This document shows positions 58,991 to 64,000 of a stretch of 64,000 nucleotides of DNA, in pieces. The number at the start of each line of letters is the position of its first letter. The first letter of the stretch is position 1. This DNA comes from Schmidtea polychroa (Eukaryota), in contig CM097885.1 in the NCBI GenBank assembly GCA_044892525.1, positions 238,454,001 to 238,518,000 of the forward strand. The letters are read 5' to 3'. The translations under genes and the position numbers were made by a program. Under the pieces are notes generated by a model. That model was not told where the DNA came from. It worked only from the letters and a program-made list of their open reading frames with translations, and did not search any database.

Positions 58991-59449
58991 TTAACTTCCG
59001 CGAGATCTAAATTAAATTAGTTAAAATTAATTTAAAAATTAAATTACATTGATCGACTTCTATGTCTTTTATGTGATGAATTTCTGAATTTTTTATCATT
59101 GTAATCAGTGGAATTTTCATGTCTGTTGTTCCTACTTTGATTAGCCCAAGGTTTAGGACGGGAGCGGCCATGGCTCATTTCCACTCGTACGCGGACTCCA
59201 CATATTACTCTTAAGAAAAGTTTTTATTTATTATTAATTAAGTTATTACGATCCATCTAGCTCTTTTACTGCATCTTCGGCATCTCTATAATCATCAAAC
59301 ATTACAAAAGCAAATCCTGCTGGGTTCCTAGCTACCCATACAGATTTAATTGGACCAAAATCTTTAAAAGCCTTTTCAATTTCTTTTTCATTGGCATCTT
59401 TCGGTAAATCACCTACGTAAACTTTGACTTCATCTTTGTTTTTCGACAT
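58991..59449 (-). CDS. SR splicing factor SRSF3/SRSF7/RBP1-like (exons 59250-59449, 59048-59209, 58991-59006)
   Basis: [46 protein letters not shown]; very short RS tail. Confidence 0.92.
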
Positions 59450-59867
59450 ATGTAGCAAAAAATATTTAAACAGTTTTTAATAATGAAAGTATTAAAACAA
59501 TTTGATTTTTAAGTTGTAAATAAATATAAAATTTCATTGTACTTATTAAAAACTTCATAAATAAATACAATGTAGTTGATAAGAAATCAGTGGTGAAAAT
59601 TGAAAAAAGTTCTTATAATATTATAAAATTTCGACTTTATGATTTCCGATTTTTATTCTTTTTAACGTGAAATTTTATCAGTTCGTTTATTTATAATTTT
59701 ATACAAAAATTTATAACTGTCGGGTATAGTGAGAACTCATGTTCCATTAGTATTGTTGAGGTAATGTAAAAAGGCACAAAATAAAACCGGAGTAGAATGA
59801 AAATCAATAAAAACACCAAAATAACAAAAGTGCAAAAAAATTAATTAAAATTTTTAAAATGGAAAAA

Positions 59868-62728
59868 TGTTGAGGTCTCACTATTTCAAAACCCTAACTT
59901 TACTGGTTTTTGAATAAATATGAAATAAGATGAAAAAGTTTTTTTTTAATTCTATTCTATATAACAAAATTTTCCAATATAATTCTAATACAGATGTTCT
60001 CGGAAGATCTAATATATGAAAAGTGCGATACAAAATGCTGGGCTACGAGAAAATTTCATAAAAATTCACAAATTCTATAGTTGTTATTTTTCTGTAATTT
60101 CTTTCTTACCTTGCACATAGGATTTTCACATTTGGTAAGTAGGAATGTTGGCATTGAGGAATCAAACTGATGATTGGAAATTAAAAATAAATACTCAGAT
60201 GAAAGAAAATTGAAAAAATTAATCAGATAGTAGAAAATAAAAATTAGTAATTATAAAATAATAATAAATAGAAAATTAATAATCAATAAAAACAAGAAAA
60301 AGACATAAAAATAGAATAGCCATCAAGATTAAAATAAAAATGTTTTTAGAAAAAATAAAAAAAAATAAATAAAGTAAAAAACCATAAAAATTTAGGAAAA
60401 TAACAATAGAAAATTAAATAAAATAGAAAAAGAAACAAAATACAACATCGCTTAATTCTGATTGGATGAAAGCGCAACGAAAATAATATAAATACCCACA
60501 TCTGAGATTGATTTTTAGGGTTTCAAAACCTACAGGTATTATCAGTAGTTAATTGAACCATTTTTGAATCTCAGAACTCCGATAAATATAAATCTATTAT
60601 TCTACAACCTAGCAATTTTCTTGATAGCGGAACATCGATCAGTTGGAAATTAATTTAATTTATGATCATGTAACTCGGTATTAATCATTGTATTCATGGA
60701 AATAATTAAATTTTAGTAATCGTTATAATTCAGTTTTTCTCTTCCTCTTAATTAAAACTATTTAATGATATTTGATAATTGAATAACCACAAAAAAGGTT
60801 TTATTTATTTATATGTAAATGATTCAAATAATTTAAATGTAAAAGCTATTGACCGAAAGGCTGATAGTCGCAGACATTGACCAGCTTGGAACGTCGGTTT
60901 TATGGATTTTTCATGCATTGAAGCAAAAAATCAGATCTCAGGTGAGGGCATAATAGTGACGGTTATACTACCCATAATAAAGTGTGATTGGTAGTCTTCT
61001 GCAGTGATTGAGATGGCTAGATGAACATCTGGAGAAAATGCATTGTACCTTAGAATGATGAATCAGTAGTTGTACGAATATTAGGTCACAGAAATATTTT
61101 TTTAAATTAAACAATCTGGGATGATAACTATGAAGTTCCACACTTGTCGATAATCCAAATGCGGAGGGAATCCCGGGTGTATAAGTTCGTCACAAATCTT
61201 CACTTCTATGAGAAACTAACTTTTAGTATGAAAGATACTCTAGTTTTCTGAAAACGAGCTTGACACTATCCAAAAATAAACTTAGAGACACGACCGAACA
61301 TGCGCATAACTATATCTTCCAATTTCAGGTCGTCGAACCGATACGTCGAGAACAACTTCATACAAAACGTAAGATATTTGTTGAGTTGGGATGATCGATT
61401 TGATGTCGGTACGAGGGTTGGCCTGTGGACAAGACATCATCAGCTGCAGTTAAGATTATTTCGTCGTTTTCGAAAAATCATGTAAGCACAATCCATTAGA
61501 AATATGAGGTTTCCGACGTCGACGATATTTCGACGGTTGAGACTGCTAATCTGGCTACCGTAAACACCCAGGCGGATAGCTCCAACCATTTTCATTCATC
61601 TGATCAGATTTACCTTCACGATTAAATAACCGGATGCAAATTTCACCAATAATTTGAGGTGTACTATAAACCACTTAGATTTAATGTTGATAAGAGGAAA
61701 CTAAATAAACTCGACTTTCGTCAATGTCCACAATGTAATTAAATAATGTGTTGATATTAGCCGAATAAATAATTGGATTATTGATAATGATGATGATAAT
61801 AAATAATGATGAAACCAATGTGTTCCCAGCGCACCGCCTGGGCGACGAATTTCTGTACACGTCGAAACCTTCATGCACAAGCCACGGGATAGAATCTCTA
61901 CATCCCTCACCTGATGTCTTATACTTCGGCTCCAGTATGGCTCCCGCATGGCTCCCGCTAAGCCAGTGTCTATTCCGATCACTTCTCAGGTGACAACTAA
62001 CCCACCCGTCGCAATCAATACTAACTGTCGGCCGAAGAGGAAACGTTTGACTCGCGCCGAGAAATCCAAGCGTAGGCGCGAGGAGAAGGCCGCCACAGAA
62101 GCCATTTTGTTTTCGTTTCCTCAAATGATGCCGCCGATGATACTCATGTCAACAACCTCACTAACCCCTGCATTTCGGATGATACCCGCAACGGCCACTC
62201 TTTGGGTGTACGATGCTCAGCTGGAAGCGGACCTTGAACTTATTCTGCAGGAAGGGGGTAATGACATCTGGGTTATTGATAATGTTATGTCGAGAACATC
62301 TTAGAGGTGCTTTTAACTATGAGCTTTGGGTCGGATCGGACATAAATTATGATGGATGACTGATAATTGATGAATTAGTTTGTCGAATAGAATTTTCAAG
62401 TTTTTTTGTGTTGTCGATTGATCTGAATGATAGTGAATGATACAACCCTTGGACCAGGGTTTTAAGTAATTCTTTGTACAAGGATACAAGCCCTTCTATC
62501 GGCATTCCTAGACCCGTAAATGAGGAAACTATGAAGAGTGTTTTAACATAGAAGCTCACCTGTTCATAGTTCCTCAGCTACTATGTTCAGTACCAACATG
62601 GTCGACGCCATGGGCACATGAGTATTTAAGACAACAATCACCTTGGCGTCTAGGAAGGAGTCGGGTTGAGTCAACCACAATTACCCCTAGTACCATTTTT
62701 GAGCAGGACACACCCCTAGGCGCCAACA
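59868..62728 (+). mobile_element. Giant solo-LTR-like element copy C (2861 bp)
   Basis: aaaa|TGTTGAGG...GCCAACA|aaaa. CCAAT/TATA at 60458/60487. gcagtgattgag shared with copy A. RNA motifs at 62488-62597. Confidence 0.85.
61781..62304 (+). pseudogene. Frameshifted homolog of the LTR-encoded Arg-rich protein
   Basis: TNVFPAH..SC..PDVLYFG (ORF 61781) then RPKRKRLTRAEKSKRRREEK..LEADLELIL (ORF 61948). Confidence 0.78.
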
Positions 62729-64000
62729 AAAAGAATAAACACACGAAACCATAATTAAATTATTTACAATTGTTCATAAATAAAATAAAGTCATCAATAA
62801 AACATAAATTAATTTGACGACAAACCTGTCCATTATATCAATGAGTTGTCTATTTACATAAATTAACATTGTTAAAATAAATCGAGATGGGCTGTCAATT
62901 TTCGATGAATAAGTGGTCTTGAAGTCAGAAGGATTTGAACTGGGCTTTGGATTGCACAGATTTGTGATTTGATTCATTAATTATTATGCGGGCTCTACGT
63001 ATATGTTTTCCTGGTATCTGTTTTGGCCGGTCTTATAGTACTTTGTCAGCTTAAATTCCTTAATTCTTCGATCCCTGTCATCTGACAAAATTAATATCAA
63101 TTGAGGGAAATGGGTATGGTTGAACGCGGAACAATAATAAAAATTTAGTGAGTAGTTCCTAGACAATTTATAACAAAATTAAATAACTAATTAAAAATTA
63201 ATTAATCGTTAATGGAAAGCCCGAGCTAACGAGGAACCAGAGGTAACGGGAAATCCGAGCGATTAGAAAAACCCGGAGTGCATTAAGACCCGACAAATTG
63301 GAAAGTGACGCAAATTCGACTGAGCGGCAGTGTAAGAAAGAAATTAGTAGGATAAAAAATAATCCCTCCCAGAAGATTAAAATAACGGGTAACCAATATG
63401 TTAGAGGACTAGCGGTAATCTCCACAAGGATGAAAATAACGGTTGGATAAATGCCGATAATTATTAGAAATGTCGGTAATCCCCGTATGAATTAATAGAA
63501 TATTGATAATGCCTTTAAAGTATAATAGGAAAAACTGAAAAGAGATGAGTTGCCAGTTGGTCAAACAAACAAAATTAAAGAGCATTTGCAAAATCAAAGA
63601 GAATCATAGAGCAAATAATTCAAGTAAATCTAAGGAACATTATAACTTATGGTACTAGAAAGGTGATTACTCCTTTGGCAACCTACCTTACGATAACGAT
63701 TGTTGACGAAAGAAAGGTGAAAATCGAGTGACTACTTGTAGTTGTGATACAGTTCGAATAAAGTTCTTATGTGTTTGGTTTTTGTTATTTGATTGGAAAA
63801 GGACAAGAGGAGTCAGAAACTATCTGATTTGTTAAATATTAACCCAACATTTTGGTGATCCCGGCGCGATATAAGTCAGAGGTGAATATTTTAACCTGTT
63901 TAAAGGCGGTGAAGTATTATTGAATTTGTAAAAATAGTAAAGTGAAAAGCTTTTGAGAAGTTAGAAACCAGATTATCAAGGAGAAAATAAATTGAAAAGA

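Overview
Very AT-rich, intron-containing animal genomic DNA (short 40-55 nt introns, dense transposon relics). A flatworm-like host is a guess from composition and TE mix, not established. Host genes: POC5-like (-), AJM1-like (+), an ankyrin-DHHC palmitoyltransferase (+) with two huge TE-filled introns, an orphan multi-exon gene (+) and an SRSF3/7-like SR protein (-). Ordinary TE content: Penelope-like elements, Gypsy relics, hAT, pogo, Tc1/IS630 and piggyBac-type elements and MITEs. The standout is a family of five diverged giant LTR-like elements: 29434-33430 (+), 49084-52898 (-), 59868-62728 (+) and partial copies from 15496 (-) and 55373 (-). They have TG...CA ends, with 4-bp TSDs on the three complete copies. 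They share an A-rich 5' block, a CCAAT/TATA promoter (identical 29-nt spacing in three copies), an internal, apparently spliced gene and a conserved, covarying ~270-nt RNA structure at the 3' end. In four copies the gene encodes an uncharacterised protein with an Arg-rich motif and a Leu/acidic tail, an architecture reminiscent of Rev/Rec plus response element (hypothesis). Also present: two minimal hammerhead ribozymes, one inside a small structured element carrying a U1-snRNA-like 5' motif, and a decayed Bcl-2-like gene.
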